From: an uncultured bacterium
GTDB taxonomy: Bacteria > Babelota > Babeliae > Babelales > Vermiphilaceae
DNA length: 64,000 nt
Assembly: GCA_963702025.1 (NCBI GenBank)
Contig: OY969699.1
Span: 1,504,001 to 1,568,000 of the forward strand
Reading direction: 5' to 3'
Part shown: one piece after another, positions 12,077-27,109 of the stretch
Layout: the number at the start of each line of letters is the position of its first letter
How positions within the stretch are numbered: position 1 is the stretch's first letter
Notes under the pieces: model-generated
What the model was told of the DNA's origin: nothing
The model's input: only the letters and a program-made list of their open reading frames with translations
Databases searched by the model: none
Program-made: the position numbers and the translations under genes

Positions 12077-14140
12077 TTAAATACCGAGAGCAATATAGTT
12101 AAACGGCACATTAAAATTTGCTGGACTCATTATTGTTGCTGATTGATTCGTAATCAAATTAATACTCAACGTTACTGAGGTTCCACTAATAGAATTGGCA
12201 CATATAACCGGTGGATTACTAAATCCGGCAGCACTATAATCTATGGAAACCTGCCCTCGAAGTCCTGTATTTGCAACTCCAGAAAAGATTTTAACAAATG
12301 GCCCCTGCGTGCTTCCTACCGAATTTAGATCCAATGAGCTTGTATTAAAAACAATGTTCCCAGAACCTAAAATATCACCCTTTATTAATGCTCCCCCACC
12401 ATTAATAGTCAGTGCAGTTCCGGCAGTAGGGGTATTGATGAGCAAAGCTCCATTGCTATCAATAGCAACACGCTCAATTCCCTGGGTACTTATTGATAAT
12501 GTACCCGCATCGGCCGATAATCCGGTAGTTAAACTACCGTCAAATTGTAAAGCCGGTTGAGCAAATGTTCCCGAAGGCAACACCAGCGAACCGGACATGG
12601 TATCACCCGATTTTAATAGATTTTGAGTTGCGCTCCCGATAACGTTTCCTAGCAAATCGGCTGATATTACTTGAGCGCTAAAATTACCCAGTGTATCGCG
12701 GGCAACGATGGCTCCGGAGCTATTTAACGCGGTCGCCGTTGTTGCGGAATTAAGAACTTTGCCGGGAGTCTGAATTGTTTGCAATTTGGCATCTGCAATA
12801 GCCGCAGCGGCATTAATATCGCTATTAATTATGCTGTTATTTAAATTGAGCTTGGCATATGCAATATTCGCATCAGCGGCAATGTTAACATCGGCAATTC
12901 CAAAAATATCCGGCGCATTATAATCATTAGGAAAATTGATCACGCCATTAACACCAAATGTAGTATCAAGAGAACCATTAGTATTATAACGTAAAACAAC
13001 TGTCCCGTTATTTGAACTTCCACTCACTATAATTTGGCCATTGGATTGCAATGAAACAGAATTGGCAAGGGCCGTGGTGCCTGCTTCTGTTATCACAATA
13101 CCGCCTGAACCAAATGTGGTATCCAGAGAGCCATTCCTAGTATAGCGCGCAAGGGCAATATCGTTTTGTGAAAAGCCAACGGCAACAATCTTGCCATCAC
13201 TTTGCAATACAATATCATTAATTTGCGCACTGCTGCCAATAGCAGTGGTCACAATACCACCAAATCCAAAGGTTGTATCTAAAGATCCATTCGCTTTATA
13301 GCGTGCGAGCGCAAATTTTGCATTGCTCACCCCTGCCGCAATAATATAATTATTGGATTGAACAGCGATTGCATAAGCGCAAGCATCAGATCCTATGGGC
13401 GTAACGATGGTGCCGACACTACCAAAAGTAGTATCGAGTGAGCCATCGGTATTAAACCGCACCAAACCAAATTCACGCGTTCCGGCATTCACCGTATACC
13501 CGACTGTAATAATTTTTCCAGTATTTTGAAATGCAAAATCATAAGCACCCGCATTACCAAAAATGCGTTTGGTTGCTATACCACTCTCGCCAAATGAAGC
13601 GTCGAGAGTTCCATCAGCCTTATAACGAACAACAGTTACAATCGGTGCACCGCCGATTATGGAGGTACCCGCAGCAACATATCGATTGCTCGAATCAACC
13701 ATAATGGCATGCGCGCATGCGCCAGTCCCTATATATTGAGTAACAATACCGCTACCATTGAATGCCAGATCAAGATCGCCATTCTTATTGTACTGCGCAA
13801 GTGCAAATGTGGTCCCTGCCGATAGCTGCGCCAAGCCCGCAACTACCGCTTGACCGCTATTCATTGTTAATGCGTTAATAATAGCATCGGTACCAAGCGG
13901 CGTTGCAACATAGCCGTTATACCCATATGCGGTATCAATCGTTCCAAATGGCGTATAGCGGGCGAGCATTAATTGCTGCAAATTATTTACCGTTACCGTC
14001 CCTGCCACAATAATTTTATTATCATTTTGTAGTTGAACCGCATTTCCTTGCGCATTGGTAACTCCTAACGTTGCCATTATGCATATATTATGAGATAGCA
14101 GAAAGAAAATACCTATTTTTAAAACAATCCTCATCGGCAC
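12077..14140 (-). CDS. Secreted delta-60 repeat protein with tail-fibre-like C-terminal region
   Basis: AAAGGAG RBS just before GTG at 14140 (ATG at 14134 is the alternative); delta-60 units; same C-terminal module as 2887 and 9943. Confidence 0.85.
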   Translation of the reverse strand: MPMRIVLKIGIFFLLSHNICIMATLGVTNAQGNAVQLQNDNKIIVAGTVTVNNLQQLMLARYTPFGTIDTAYGYNGYVATPLGTDAIINALTMNSGQAVVAGLAQLSAGTTFALAQYNKNGDLDLAFNGSGIVTQYIGTGACAHAIMVDSSNRYVAAGTSIIGGAPIVTVVRYKADGTLDASFGESGIATKRIFGNAGAYDFAFQNTGKIITVGYTVNAGTREFGLVRFNTDGSLDTTFGSVGTIVTPIGSDACAYAIAVQSNNYIIAAGVSNAKFALARYKANGSLDTTFGFGGIVTTAIGSSAQINDIVLQSDGKIVAVGFSQNDIALARYTRNGSLDTTFGSGGIVITEAGTTALANSVSLQSNGQIIVSGSSNNGTVVLRYNTNGSLDTTFGVNGVINFPNDYNAPDIFGIADVNIAADANIAYAKLNLNNSIINSDINAAAAIADAKLQTIQTPGKVLNSATTATALNSSGAIVARDTLGNFSAQVISADLLGNVIGSATQNLLKSGDTMSGSLVLPSGTFAQPALQFDGSLTTGLSADAGTLSISTQGIERVAIDSNGALLINTPTAGTALTINGGGALIKGDILGSGNIVFNTSSLDLNSVGSTQGPFVKIFSGVANTGLRGQVSIDYSAAGFSNPPVICANSISGTSVTLSINLITNQSATIMSPANFNVPFNYIALGI

Positions 14141-14228
14141 GGTAACTCCTTTAAATGTAACCTTACTTCTTTGACCATACAAACTACTTTAAATTAATAA
14201 ATCCCTTCTCAATTAATTATTTAAAGAC

Positions 14229-18575
<4,347 letters not shown>

Positions 18576-18578
18576 TCC

Positions 18579-19352
18579 TTAGGAAACACGTGTTATGGTG
18601 AGAGTAATACTCGGTTGCACACCATTGATTGGTGTCATAATACTGCTATTGCCACTATTTGCCTCTAATTGCACAAAATCTGTCCCACCGGTAAATTGCA
18701 GTTTAAGCACATCGTTCTCATTAATCGATGCAATAAAAGAACGCGTTAGCGATAATGGTTTATTATTTGTTGGTTGTTGAATTGTTCCTTGGCTGCCGGG
18801 TATCTCAACACCATTAAGCACCGCAATTATACTAACGTTTGATAGCTGGGAGTTGGTGATGCGGCAAATCGCATCATATTCAATTAAATAATTGCCCGTC
18901 TGCGCACAAAAAAACTCTGCCGACGGCGGTAAAATTACCCATCCATTGATGATCGGCGCATCGGTGAATATTATATCCTGAAACGTTGGTGCAGAAACGC
19001 CAATAGTTTGAGTTATTGCTCGGTAAGCAAAAACATAATTAGCCCCGATCGCCCCACTGTTATAGATGGTGCCGCACACTACAAGGTTTCCTTGAACCTG
19101 TAAATTCTGTCCAATACATGCATTATTTGATACTTGCAAACTACAAAACTGTGAGCCCGTTAATGAGCAGCCGGAAGCACAGGCGCAGGTGATACACGAA
19201 CGAATATGCGCTAAATAATCTTGCGAAAGACCGCTATTTTCATCCAGAAATGATATAGGTCCCTTTTTTTCTTGCGCATTGATATCGAATGATTCTAATA
19301 ATATGAGCAAGAAAAAAAGATAGTTTTGTTTTATAGAATAAATGTACCTCAT
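18579..19352 (-). CDS. Secreted Cys-rich protein with BclA/C1q-like C-terminal domain
   Basis: Signal peptide; SCITCACASGC..FC; C-terminus NYVFAY...LNGVEIPGSQ...PSITLTITRVS, paralogous to the 5028 and 14229 tips. Confidence 0.75.
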   Translation of the reverse strand: MRYIYSIKQNYLFFLLILLESFDINAQEKKGPISFLDENSGLSQDYLAHIRSCITCACASGCSLTGSQFCSLQVSNNACIGQNLQVQGNLVVCGTIYNSGAIGANYVFAYRAITQTIGVSAPTFQDIIFTDAPIINGWVILPPSAEFFCAQTGNYLIEYDAICRITNSQLSNVSIIAVLNGVEIPGSQGTIQQPTNNKPLSLTRSFIASINENDVLKLQFTGGTDFVQLEANSGNSSIMTPINGVQPSITLTITRVS

Positions 19353-19584
19353 ACTACATCCCTTTTTTTTTATAGCATTACATTAGAGTTACTATATTTT
19401 TATATTCTACGCAACGAATTTTAACATGAACCCAAAAACAATTTAAGCAATAGTATTTAGCAATAAAATGAAGCATGCAAAAATTAATTTCCTTGCCAGG
19501 AACTGTTTTGTTGTATACCATATTCCGCGCGGATACAAAAAGTAAAAAAAATTCAAAATCAAAAAAATCATACGGAGTAGCATA

Positions 19585-21123
19585 ATGCGGCACATAAAAA
19601 TATCTTTGCAGCTAATAATCCTTTGCTTGGTAAACTCTAACGCATTTCCTCTGGTGAAAGTAAGTATAATAACTCACTTTGATAAAAATGATTCAATCGT
19701 TGATTTTTTGCATCAAGCAAGTGAGGAGGATTATGAAAATTGTCAGATATTGTTAGTTTCTAATAATGCCAGCCAACAACAAATAGCCGCAATTAAACAA
19801 TTTCAATATCTTTTGCATAATATAGTCTGTATTACTGATGAAACAAAAACTGTCGCAGCTCTTCTTAATGAAGCAATCAAAAATTCTTCAGGAAAATTCA
19901 TTACCCATTTACGCGTTGAGGATTATCGCCCGGCAGCATTGTTTAAAGCGCAAGCTAACGAGCTTGAAAAGAATAGCTCAGTTGATGTGGTATATGGCGA
20001 TTATTATATTACCTATGATAAAAATAAACCTACCAAGCAAGCAGATAAATGGTATTTAAGTGATCTACCTGAATTTAGTCCCCATTTACTTTATCGTGAT
20101 GTCCCGGGCCATCAAGCCATGTGGCGCAAATCACTGCACGAAAAATATGGTTATTTTAAAGAAGATTTTGAATTCCATTTTTTGTGGGAATTTTGGAACC
20201 GATGCGGCGCGCATGATGTTTTGTTTAAGAAGATAACGGGCAACCCGGGCACCTACTATTTTAACTATTTTAATCAGAAAAGAACAATGTTTGGCCCCGC
20301 CGATTTTGAAAAAAGCTATCAAGAAGAAAAATATATCCGCGACAGCTACTCCTCTTTGTGGAAACTCAAAGAGATTCAAAAGCCTTTTGTGATAGTTACT
20401 GCATCATATAAAAACAAGGATTGGTACAAATGGAACTTGGATATTATTTTATGTCAAAATTACACCAATTATCGCATCATCTATATTGATGATAAATCTC
20501 CCGATGATACCGGTAGATTAGTACAAGAATATGCCAAATCATTAGGCAAAGAAGACTTGATTGAAGTTATTATCAATGATCATAATGTCGGCGCCCTGGA
20601 AAACATATATAATGCTATTCATTCATGTAAAAAATATGAGATAGTGCTTCTTGTTGACGGTGATGACACGCTTGCCCATTATGATGTTTTGAAATATTTA
20701 AATACGGCCTATCAAGATCCTAACGTTTGGCTCACTTATGGCCAGTTTCAATGGTTCCCGGCGAACATTCCGGGATTTGCGCGTGAGATTCCGTCCGGTG
20801 TGCTTGAAAACAATACAATTCGCGAACATCGCTGGTTAACCACCCATTTGCGTACGTTTTATGCAGGATTGTTCCAGCTTATCAAGAGAGAAGATTTACT
20901 CTGGAACGATAGGTTTTTCCCCATGGCATGGGATCTTGGCATTATGTATCCCATGATAGAAATGGCCGCCTTTCGTACCAAATTTATTCCCGATATTCTT
21001 TATTTGTATAATACCGCAAATCAGATTAACGATAATAAAGTAAATCTTGACCTTCAAGGCGAAATTGATACTTTTATTCGGCATAAACAAAGATATCAAC
21101 CGATTTCAAGTTTCTTATATTAA
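19585..21123 (+). CDS. Two-domain family 2 glycosyltransferase with signal peptide
   Basis: Two GT-A domains (IYIDDKSPD, LLVDGDD); N-terminus MRHIKISLQLIILCLVNSNA. Confidence 0.85.
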   Translation: MRHIKISLQLIILCLVNSNAFPLVKVSIITHFDKNDSIVDFLHQASEEDYENCQILLVSNNASQQQIAAIKQFQYLLHNIVCITDETKTVAALLNEAIKNSSGKFITHLRVEDYRPAALFKAQANELEKNSSVDVVYGDYYITYDKNKPTKQADKWYLSDLPEFSPHLLYRDVPGHQAMWRKSLHEKYGYFKEDFEFHFLWEFWNRCGAHDVLFKKITGNPGTYYFNYFNQKRTMFGPADFEKSYQEEKYIRDSYSSLWKLKEIQKPFVIVTASYKNKDWYKWNLDIILCQNYTNYRIIYIDDKSPDDTGRLVQEYAKSLGKEDLIEVIINDHNVGALENIYNAIHSCKKYEIVLLVDGDDTLAHYDVLKYLNTAYQDPNVWLTYGQFQWFPANIPGFAREIPSGVLENNTIREHRWLTTHLRTFYAGLFQLIKREDLLWNDRFFPMAWDLGIMYPMIEMAAFRTKFIPDILYLYNTANQINDNKVNLDLQGEIDTFIRHKQRYQPISSFLY

Positions 21124-21373
21124 CGTGAACTCGACCTAAGAAAATTTTACCTATGTCCGCTCGTGGTGAGTGATTGCGAAGCAATCGTACCTGTCCTCCG
21201 AAGCTTTAGCGTAGGACGGATCGAACCATGCGGACAAAACACAATTGATTTTATTACTCAAAAGGCCGCATAGATTCGATATGCCTCATTTCATTCGGCT
21301 ACTCACTACGAGCGGCCTGAAGAAATTTACCTAAACTAAAGCTTTTTTATCAATTCTTAGGTCGAACTCGCGT
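21123..21373. mobile_element. Non-autonomous MITE with IS982-like ends, containing nested palindromic repeats
   Basis: Imperfect TIRs ACGTGAACTCGACCTAAGAA / TTCTTAGGTCGAACTCGCGT; flanking direct repeat TATATTA at 21116-21122 and 21374-21380. Confidence 0.65.
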
Positions 21374-21393
21374 TATATTAATTATTTTCTAAA

Positions 21394-21432
21394 AACTGAT
21401 TCGCCGCAAGTAACGCTTGCGGCGAATCAGTT
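21394..21432 (-). terminator. Rho-independent terminator between convergent genes
   Basis: 17-bp perfect stem AACTGATTCGCCGCAAG-taacg-CTTGCGGCGAATCAGTT with a T-run on the minus strand. Confidence 0.75.
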
Positions 21433-21457
21433 AACTTATGAACTTTTTAGGGAATGT

Positions 21458-22834
21458 CTAGTAAATGCCAACCGAAACGATCACGTCTCCCGTTTGCGCG
21501 CCGGCGGTTGATGATATTTGCATACAGATATCATCACCTTGGTCAAAGTGAACAGATACCGTATCCATAATTGCGAAAGTTTCTAAATCGCTCAACGTTA
21601 TTGATAGGATGGTATCCAGAGGCACAAGATCAGTTGGCCGTTTACGCTGTAAGGTAAATGTAGTGGACTGCCCGAGCCCCGGTGGGTCAACAACACGAAC
21701 AGTCATTGATAGAGCAACAAATTTTTGCAAAGCACTAATTAAAATGGGAATAAATGAAGCAAACCCCGTACCCGGACGCAAATAAAGCGTATCTCCCGGA
21801 CCAACGGGATTATCTGAATCTGCCCAAATAAAAAATGATGGGTAATCTAAGGAATCAAATCCAAGACCATTTGCTGTAGAATTAAATAAATACGTTGAAC
21901 CTAAACCCAATGTTCCGGAAGTTTGAGAAATATCAGCAGTTGAACCGCTTACTTGAGAACTAAAGCAGGATATAATCGTTATACCCGACATACTATTGGT
22001 TTCGATCCCAATCGAATCAGTCCCGCCATCCACTTGAATTGATGAAGTAGTCATTACGATATATTGATCCGACTCGGCAAGGACCCCTCTGGATCTCCCG
22101 CTACTATTTGAAGTAACATTTATAATTACTACTCCAAAAAGATCATTTATCGTTGGTACTGACAAACCGGTATAATTAACACCAATAATATCTGAAGTTG
22201 TAGGGCCCGCTTCAGTATTATCTAAGATAATTCGCACATATGTGATAGTGGTTGTTTCAAGATCCGGCCCTCCGGGGCTAACATGAGTAATCCCACGGAT
22301 TTGAACATCAGCAGCAGCAGTTACTTTTAAATCCAAAAATAAAAGACTTCCGCCTTCTCCTAATGTTATTAAATCAGTCGGCTCAGTAACGTTCAATTGT
22401 TGAATAGTCACAGTGTTTATGGAAACGCCCGCTAAGGTAACCCCCTCCGGCACAACAAGGACCTCATTATATACACCGGGATAAACCAACACTAAATCGC
22501 CATCATCCGCTTGTGACAATGCGACACCAATTGTTTGAAAGCGCGGACCATTTGCAGCACCTATATCATCATCGCCATCCACCTGATCAACAATCAGCGT
22601 ATTGCCGTAGCCGCCAATGATCGGGGTGCCGTTCACACATAACTGGCCGGTAACATTTGCATTGCAAAAGTTAGCCACCGATCCGGTGAAAGAACAGGTG
22701 CGCAACAGTTGCTGTTGAATCATGGGATCACTCGGTAAAGATCGTGGAATTTTGGCATACGAATTGCCACATACCAATAAATAAAAAAACACTAATACGC
22801 AATATTTCCATTTATGAAAGAAATATGACAGCAT
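21458..22834 (-). CDS. Secreted pectin-lyase-fold (beta-helix) surface protein
   Basis: Signal peptide; VDQVDGDD...FQTIGVAL...GDLVLVYPGVYNE motif typical of parallel beta-helix N-caps. Confidence 0.65.
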   Translation of the reverse strand: MLSYFFHKWKYCVLVFFYLLVCGNSYAKIPRSLPSDPMIQQQLLRTCSFTGSVANFCNANVTGQLCVNGTPIIGGYGNTLIVDQVDGDDDIGAANGPRFQTIGVALSQADDGDLVLVYPGVYNEVLVVPEGVTLAGVSINTVTIQQLNVTEPTDLITLGEGGSLLFLDLKVTAAADVQIRGITHVSPGGPDLETTTITYVRIILDNTEAGPTTSDIIGVNYTGLSVPTINDLFGVVIINVTSNSSGRSRGVLAESDQYIVMTTSSIQVDGGTDSIGIETNSMSGITIISCFSSQVSGSTADISQTSGTLGLGSTYLFNSTANGLGFDSLDYPSFFIWADSDNPVGPGDTLYLRPGTGFASFIPILISALQKFVALSMTVRVVDPPGLGQSTTFTLQRKRPTDLVPLDTILSITLSDLETFAIMDTVSVHFDQGDDICMQISSTAGAQTGDVIVSVGIY

Positions 22835-23008
22835 TGTCTACCTTTTTTTAGCGAAAACATAATTAACTATTACTCAACCAATTTGAGCCAATCAAAATAT
22901 CTTTGTCAAGAATTAAAATACTTCTGACAAATCACAAAGATGTGTGGAGTATGACTGAGAAAGGATTTAGCAAATCATTAGGAATTCTTGATTCCCCAAG
23001 GCAAAAAT

Positions 23009-24367
23009 TTACGGCAAAAGCTGATGCAACTTACTCATCAAGTAAAAGGGAATTGAAAATAATGTATATTGCACTTGTTCCCCTTGATGATTCTTTACAT
23101 TAACCGCGGTTTGACTTGGCAAATCAGAATTTATGCGGACCGCTGTAGTAAATTTCTTTAATCCCATAAAAAAATGCAATGATTTTAAACTACCGGTGCT
23201 CCCCGCTTTAACTTCCACCGGAATCACTTGATTACGATGTTGCATCACATAGTCAATTTCTGCATTCGAGCCTTTCTGATCGCGGTGCCAATAATAAAGA
23301 GCCGGTTCAACATAAAAAGGAGCAACAGTACGTAAAATCTGCCCCACTACTTGTTCGGCAATACCACGCTTGTTAACTAAATCAATTTCATCTATTGCGG
23401 ATAGCTGATCAAGAGATAACCCCAAAACTGTTGAACATAATCCAACATCTAAAAAAATTACCTTCATATATTTATCTTGAATTTCGGCCGCAAGAGGTAT
23501 TCCATTTGCGGCGCACCCGACCACACGATGACACACTCTCGCTTTGAAAAGTAAATCTAATGATTGCTTAATTGCGGGTATTTGCACAGAAGGATTTATT
23601 TTGCTATAAACAAATTTTTCGCCCAGATATAGGGGAACGGCCATCATAACTTCATCTAATCTTTGCGTGTTCATTCGCCCGCTATACTTGGCAAAATCAT
23701 CCCGATACGTAGCCATAAGATCATGATGCACTTGGCTAACTTCTTTGAGGGACCGTTTATGTATCCAATCATCTACTGCTTGCGGCATCCCTCCAATAAT
23801 TATGTACTCCTTAAAAAGCGTTAGAAGTTGCTCATGAATTTCTTGTGGAATTTCTGTCTCCCATTTAAAAGCGCTTATATATTCAACAAGCAAAGGCTTA
23901 TTGTTTGCCTGTAAAAATTCCTCGAAGGATAATGGCTCGAGATACATGTAATTGATACGGCCCACCGGCATACTAAAAGTATGCTCGGCAAGAACAAATT
24001 CCAAAAGGGACCCGGCAGCAATAACAGGCAACTCCGGCATATCCTCAGCGAACCATCGCAACTTAGCTAAAAGTTCGGGCGCGGCTTGAATCTCATCCAA
24101 AAATAATACGCATGTACTTGGATCAATAGATTCATTAAATGCCGCACTGAGATTGAGTATTATTCGTTGTGGGTCATTAGATGCAAAAAGAGATACTAAT
24201 TGCGGACGTTTTTCTAAATTTATTTCAATAAGTATCCGCTTCTGCCCTTTTGCCAACTCTCGCACGAGCCATGTTTTGCCAACTTGACGCGCACCGCGAA
24301 TCACTAGTGGCTTACGGGTAGTTGATGCCAACCATTCATTAAGAAATGGCATCCCTTTTCGATACAT
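23009..24367 (-). CDS. AAA+ ATPase (AAA_14 plus DUF4143)
   Basis: Walker A GARQVGKT, Walker B LFLDEIQ, GGMP, C-terminal EIDY...PVEVKAG. Confidence 0.9.
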   Translation of the reverse strand: MYRKGMPFLNEWLASTTRKPLVIRGARQVGKTWLVRELAKGQKRILIEINLEKRPQLVSLFASNDPQRIILNLSAAFNESIDPSTCVLFLDEIQAAPELLAKLRWFAEDMPELPVIAAGSLLEFVLAEHTFSMPVGRINYMYLEPLSFEEFLQANNKPLLVEYISAFKWETEIPQEIHEQLLTLFKEYIIIGGMPQAVDDWIHKRSLKEVSQVHHDLMATYRDDFAKYSGRMNTQRLDEVMMAVPLYLGEKFVYSKINPSVQIPAIKQSLDLLFKARVCHRVVGCAANGIPLAAEIQDKYMKVIFLDVGLCSTVLGLSLDQLSAIDEIDLVNKRGIAEQVVGQILRTVAPFYVEPALYYWHRDQKGSNAEIDYVMQHRNQVIPVEVKAGSTGSLKSLHFFMGLKKFTTAVRINSDLPSQTAVNVKNHQGEQVQYTLFSIPFYLMSKLHQLLP

Positions 24368-24552
24368 TATAAGGCCTCCTTGATGGTAATTTTAATAATT
24401 CTAACTGGTTAAATTAAGCCAAGTCAATAAAAGAGGGGGTTCTTTTTTAGAACAATTAATAAAAAGAGACGGTTGTTTTTAATTATAATATATAAATAAT
24501 ATTGTCATAATATATAATATATGATATTTTGATAAGCAAGGAGTATAAAATC

Positions 24553-24780
24553 ATGAAAAAAATAAATGTTACTTTTTCAATACCTACAGAAACAAATGAG
24601 CTTTTACATGCCCTAATCGGCAAAAAAAAATTGAGTTCTTTTGTCGCATCAACACTCAATAAAGCCCTTGAAGAAAAAATGGAAGCATTAAAAAGGGAAT
24701 ATGCCGAAGCTGAAAGAGACCCTGACAGAAAAAAAACTATTGAAGAATGGAAAACTCTCGATGCAGAGGGCTGGGAATGA
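24553..24780 (+). CDS. Putative antitoxin (ribbon-helix-helix-like)
   Basis: AAGGAG RBS then ATG 24553; small protein with acidic tail; ATGA overlap with the toxin gene. Confidence 0.7.
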   Translation: MKKINVTFSIPTETNELLHALIGKKKLSSFVASTLNKALEEKMEALKREYAEAERDPDRKKTIEEWKTLDAEGWE

Positions 24781-25112
24781 GCAAATATCCAAAAAGAGGG
24801 GAAATCTTTTGGGTCCATCTTGATCCAACAGTCGGCTCAGAGATCACCAAAAATCGTCCCTGTGTTATTATATCCAATAATGCCGGCAACCAAACATCAT
24901 CGAGAGTTATCGTCGCTCCTATCACAAGTAGTGTAAAAAGAATATTTAGTTTTGAGGTTCCCATTGAAATTAAAGGGAAAAAAGGAAAAATTCTTTTGGA
25001 TCAGATCAGGGCAATCGATAAAATTCGGATTTCTAACAAAATAGAATCTTGTAATGATGATATCATGGATGCCGTAGAAGATGCCTTAAAGATTGTTTTG
25101 GCGCTCAATTAA
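24777..25112 (+). CDS. mazF: PemK/MazF family toxin
   Basis: KRGEIFWVHLDPTVGSEITKNRPCVIIS...VAPITS...DQIRAIDK. Confidence 0.9.
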   Translation: MSKYPKRGEIFWVHLDPTVGSEITKNRPCVIISNNAGNQTSSRVIVAPITSSVKRIFSFEVPIEIKGKKGKILLDQIRAIDKIRISNKIESCNDDIMDAVEDALKIVLALN

Positions 25113-25229
25113 TGAAGTGCAGTGCTTAACGGCTCTTAAGAATAATCTTGCTTCTTCAAGAAATATTACGGAGCCCAAGAAGGAAATATACGCTCTACCA
25201 AAAAATAGATAAAATAAATCTGGCTGCGA

Positions 25230-26009
25230 TTAAAGCGCTGTCTGAAACTCTTTATGATTCTTAGAAAGTGCCAACAATCGTGGCACAAAAGGAAGATCCC
25301 AAAACTCCGGATAACAATAAGATGGGCAAAGAGCCACCGTTGGTGGATTATCAATAAAATAGCGATTTAAATGACTTTCATCATGCCATTTGGCGATAAT
25401 TTTTTGACCAAGATCCTGCACAATATGTTCGGCGCAGGTGGCTGTCAGCTTTAAAAATTCCTGGGTGGTGCCGCCATAAAATCCGCCGGCAAAATAGTAA
25501 AGCCCTTCACCATCACGCACGCAGGCGGTTGAGGCCGCATTTCTTTCATAGTCGTCATGCCGCTGATCCGGCAAAGTAAACCCCGGATGGCGCGTGGCAA
25601 CTCGTTCACCCAGAATTTCATCCCCCACCATGTTTACAAAAAGCATATCCGCATCACAGGCAAATAAATAATCAATCTCTTCAAAATAGGATGCGGCATT
25701 CCAATACACACTAAAACGCATCATGGTATCATAGGGCCAGCCAAGCCGTTTTTGTTCGATGCGGACCACGTTATCCGCTTGTGGCACGTGCCCATCAGTA
25801 AAAATAAAATAGGTGCGATGGTAACCGGGCAAAAAATAGGCATCGGCTGATTCCACTAATTCTTTAAGAAAAACCGTATATTTACCCGTTGCCATAATGA
25901 GCAAGCCAACGTTAAAACGCGGTTTTTCCGGATTTGCAGCATCGGATATATGATTCAAAAAAAGAATACCCATACTTAAATACAAAAATCTACGTAGTAA
26001 TTGGTTCAT
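25230..26009 (-). CDS. Family 6 glycosyltransferase (ABO-like alpha-1,3-GalNAc/Gal transferase) with signal peptide
   Basis: ATGKY, WPYDTMMRF, CDADM (DxD), YFAGGFYGG, WHDESHLNRY. Confidence 0.9.
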   Translation of the reverse strand: MNQLLRRFLYLSMGILFLNHISDAANPEKPRFNVGLLIMATGKYTVFLKELVESADAYFLPGYHRTYFIFTDGHVPQADNVVRIEQKRLGWPYDTMMRFSVYWNAASYFEEIDYLFACDADMLFVNMVGDEILGERVATRHPGFTLPDQRHDDYERNAASTACVRDGEGLYYFAGGFYGGTTQEFLKLTATCAEHIVQDLGQKIIAKWHDESHLNRYFIDNPPTVALCPSYCYPEFWDLPFVPRLLALSKNHKEFQTAL

Positions 26010-26025
26010 ATATCCTCAGTTTGTA

Positions 26026-26256
26026 CTCCTCCGTTCGCCTCGATGGAGCGCCCTTCGACAAAAAGCTCAGGATAAACTCCGCGCGAGTGCCTGTCCGCCG
26101 AAGCCTTGGCGAAGGCTGGAGAGAGGTCTCCATTCGGCCTTTCAGGCCTCTGGTTCGATGCGGCCAAAAGTGGCCTTACTCACCATAGACCTTCGACTGC
26201 CGCGGCCCCCGATTATCCTGAGCGAGAGAATCGAGTCGAAGGACCCGAACGGGGAG
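26026..26256. repeat. Composite palindromic REP-like element
   Basis: Ends CTCCTCCGTTCG / CGAACGGGGAG; internal CCTTCGAC..AAGCTCAGGATAA, CCTGTCCGCCGAAGCCTTGGCGAAGGCTGG and TGGTTCGAT..ACTCACCA sub-hairpins. Confidence 0.7.
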
Positions 26257-26260
26257 AGGT

Positions 26261-26947
26261 TCACCCTACCATAATATGCAAAATACATTCATCTTTATTT
26301 TTGACTTCTTGCCAGCTAAAACTTTTCACTTTATCTATGGTTTTTAGGAACGCTTCCATTTTTAATTTGCTATAGCGGTTTTGATAAGTGGTGTAGCCGC
26401 CAACGTTCACCATCCCACCCTTATCTTTAGCGCTATTATCCGGCGCCATAAAGAATACTACCAAAACTTCCTTGCCGGCTACGCGAATCATCTCTCTCAT
26501 TGCATCTTGATATGAATCGAGATGCTCTAAGATATGCCGCGCATACACTATATCAAAACTAGAATCGGCATGCGGCATATTTTGAATGCGGGCCCTTTCA
26601 GCCGGAATTCCCTGTTCTTTAGCTTTGGAAACAAATGTTGAAGAGATATCTAAACCTAAGTAATGAAGATCAGGGCAACTTCTTTTTAAGGGAACATAAT
26701 CAACACAAAAGCCACAGCCGACATCCAATATTGAGGTATATTGCTTTTGGATTATATGCAGCCGTGCCAGAATGCGAGAAACAGCATTTGGATCTCCCCA
26801 CCACCCGGCAAATTCTGCCTGGTTTTTTTCATCGGTAGTTCTAAATTCCCAAATTTCTTCATATTTTTTTAACGGGCCGAAGTCAGCAAATGTAATGCAA
26901 TTAACTGTTACAAAAACCAGAACAAATAATTTTTTACTTAAATTCAT
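26261..26947 (-). CDS. Class I SAM-dependent methyltransferase with signal peptide
   Basis: ILDVGCGF, GLDIS, RHILEH; start placed at MNLSKKLFVLVFVTVNCITFA because the upstream ORF extension lies in a repeat. Confidence 0.85.
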   Translation of the reverse strand: MNLSKKLFVLVFVTVNCITFADFGPLKKYEEIWEFRTTDEKNQAEFAGWWGDPNAVSRILARLHIIQKQYTSILDVGCGFCVDYVPLKRSCPDLHYLGLDISSTFVSKAKEQGIPAERARIQNMPHADSSFDIVYARHILEHLDSYQDAMREMIRVAGKEVLVVFFMAPDNSAKDKGGMVNVGGYTTYQNRYSKLKMEAFLKTIDKVKSFSWQEVKNKDECILHIMVG

Positions 26948-26988
26948 ATGTATACTCTTAATTTCAATAATGCAATCCGAAAAGCATG

Positions 26989-27080
26989 GTTCGATACGAT
27001 TGCTAACGCAATCACTCAGCACGAACGGACTCCACCACCGTTCGTGCTGAGTAGAAATCGAAGATTTCGTATCGAAGCAT
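26989..27080. repeat. REP-like hairpin element
   Basis: TTCGATACG...ACTCAGCACGAACGG-actccacca-CCGTTCGTGCTGAGT...CGTATCGAA. Confidence 0.75.
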
Positions 27081-27109
27081 CTTTTTACCTAATTCAATTT
27101 AAGAACTCG

